A DNA stretch of 27,420 nucleotides from Candidatus Symbiobacter sp. (lineage in GTDB: Bacteria > Pseudomonadota > Alphaproteobacteria > Elsterales > Elsteraceae): NCBI GenBank assembly GCA_030054015.1, contig JASGCR010000002.1, positions 1 through 27,420 on the forward strand. The letters run 5' to 3'. Under the pieces are notes generated by a model. The model was not told the origin of the DNA. It saw only the letters and a list, made by a program, of their open reading frames with translations, and did not search any database. Made by a program: the position numbers and the translations under genes. Shown in pieces: positions 26,231-27,420 of the stretch (positions are counted from its first letter, which is position 1; every line of letters begins with the position of its first letter).

Positions 26231-27334
26231 TTACGGGTGGGCGGCAGCCGCCGCGAATAATTTTTCTAATCCCGCCAAGGCCATCGCCGCCCCGTCGTAA
26301 AATTGAGCCTGGCAGTGGTGCGCCGCCAACGCCATTTGGTAATTTTTCGCCAGATTTTCCGCCCCGATCACGATAATTTGCGTCGGCGCATCGGCAGAAA
26401 TTTCCGCCGCCAATTCGGCCCCGATAAGCAAGCCCGATAGATAAGCGCGCAAATCATGCGGCGGCACATTATTTAACAAAGATTCGGCCCGAATGCCAAA
26501 CAACGAGGCCATCACCCCAGACCGCGCCGCCTGGTCAAGGCCGCGGTGAAACCAGCTTTGATCAACCGCTTGGTTGGTTTTTGCCGCATCATCCATAGAC
26601 AAAGAGCGTTGCAACAAAGAATGCTCCGACAGCAAGGAGAAAATTTCTCCGGTCATATAAGTGGTGAATTTGTCCAGATGCCATTTGCCCGCGCTGGTGT
26701 GGGTTAGGCTCACCCATTTGCTGTGCGTACCAGGCAGAATAATTTTGATTTTTTTGGCAACAGCTGCGCTGGCGGCATCACTGACCGCATCGCTGACCGC
26801 ATCGCCCTGGTTGGCATCTTCGCTCAAACGCGCCAGCCAGCCCAGGATTTGGGTTTCTTCGCCACGCATCACATCCGGCGGATTTTGTTGCTTAAGCCCT
26901 GGCACAATCGCCACCGCTATTTTCAGAGCGGCCTGCGGCGTGAGGGGCGGATGGGCGAGGGGGGGTTGCGTGCCAAAAAATCGGTCATCGTCGCTATCGC
27001 CATAAGCCGCCTCAACCCAGCCGCCGCGCGCCCCCGCCATGCCGCAAATATAGACCGGCACAGGCGTGGTGGTCACCGCCGCCAGCCAAGGGGTGATCAC
27101 CTCCAATAATTTAGCCTCAAATTCGTCGGGTTTTAATTTGCCGGCTCCAAATTCCGATTCGGCGGCGGCCAGGCATAATTCTTTGGCCGCGAGACCGCCC
27201 TCATGGGCGCGTCGCTGCCGCATGGCATAGGCCCGCAGCCGCGATGTCCCCCAATCAACGGCAATCCAATCCGGGGCTTTCCCAGCGGGGGCCTCCCCAG
27301 CCGGGGCTTTCCCCAAATTTTGCGGCAACGTCAT
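26231..27334 (-). CDS. dgoK: 2-dehydro-3-deoxygalactonokinase
   Basis: IAVDWGTSRLRAY, CGMAGARGGWVEA, DVMRGEETQ, LPGTHSKW, TYMTGE, YLSGLLIG; start ATG 27334 (TTG 27352 lies in the repeat). Confidence 0.92.
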   Translation of the reverse strand: MTLPQNLGKAPAGEAPAGKAPDWIAVDWGTSRLRAYAMRQRRAHEGGLAAKELCLAAAESEFGAGKLKPDEFEAKLLEVITPWLAAVTTTPVPVYICGMAGARGGWVEAAYGDSDDDRFFGTQPPLAHPPLTPQAALKIAVAIVPGLKQQNPPDVMRGEETQILGWLARLSEDANQGDAVSDAVSDAASAAVAKKIKIILPGTHSKWVSLTHTSAGKWHLDKFTTYMTGEIFSLLSEHSLLQRSLSMDDAAKTNQAVDQSWFHRGLDQAARSGVMASLFGIRAESLLNNVPPHDLRAYLSGLLIGAELAAEISADAPTQIIVIGAENLAKNYQMALAAHHCQAQFYDGAAMALAGLEKLFAAAAAHP

Positions 27335-27338
27335 TTTA

Positions 27339-27420
27339 CACTCTGTTTCCAAAAGAATCCGTACGATGACCCCCCCTTCCTGCTTAGGAAGGGGGGGAAA
27401 CCTATCCTTGGCGGCTTGCC
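27339..27420. repeat. Left end of another composite element (outer terminus + intact C7/G7 hairpin), truncated by window edge
   Basis: ACTCTGTTTCCAAAAGAATCCG matches 12675-12696 at 21/22; intact hairpin 27370-27397. Confidence 0.8.

Noticed and set aside
155-27109. Numerous 60-240 aa antisense or alternate-frame ORFs
   Set aside because: Shadows of well-supported genes in GC-rich DNA, no motifs

Overview
27.4-kb chromosomal window from an alphaproteobacterium (ALA synthase hemA, sdhCDAB, system I ccm genes, hemC-hemD-COG4223-hemY divergent from tsaD-gpsA). Most of it is housekeeping: trpC-trpF, sdhCDA..B, a LysR regulator, a lone IscS-like desulfurase, heme and cytochrome c maturation genes, hemW, hemA and dgoK. 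Four things stand out. (1) An AT-rich ParA-like ATPase + HEPN (RxxxxH) gene pair splits sdhA from sdhB, a candidate defence or toxin module. (2) A stand-alone NYN/PIN nuclease gene has its own sigma70-like promoter, a 19-bp tandem repeat and a ~155-nt four-hairpin leader, a candidate RNA-controlled toxin. (3) A layered family of non-autonomous elements fills the intergenic regions: IS5-like 18-bp TIR mini-elements (one with a clean TTAG target duplication) carry three different REP-like palindromic cargos, one cargo type has a central IHF consensus, and a TA-flanked outer terminus encloses some stacks. No transposase lies in the window. (4) In-frame 12- and 15-nt microduplications recur in housekeeping genes. 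All calls come from motif reading only; no database searches were run.
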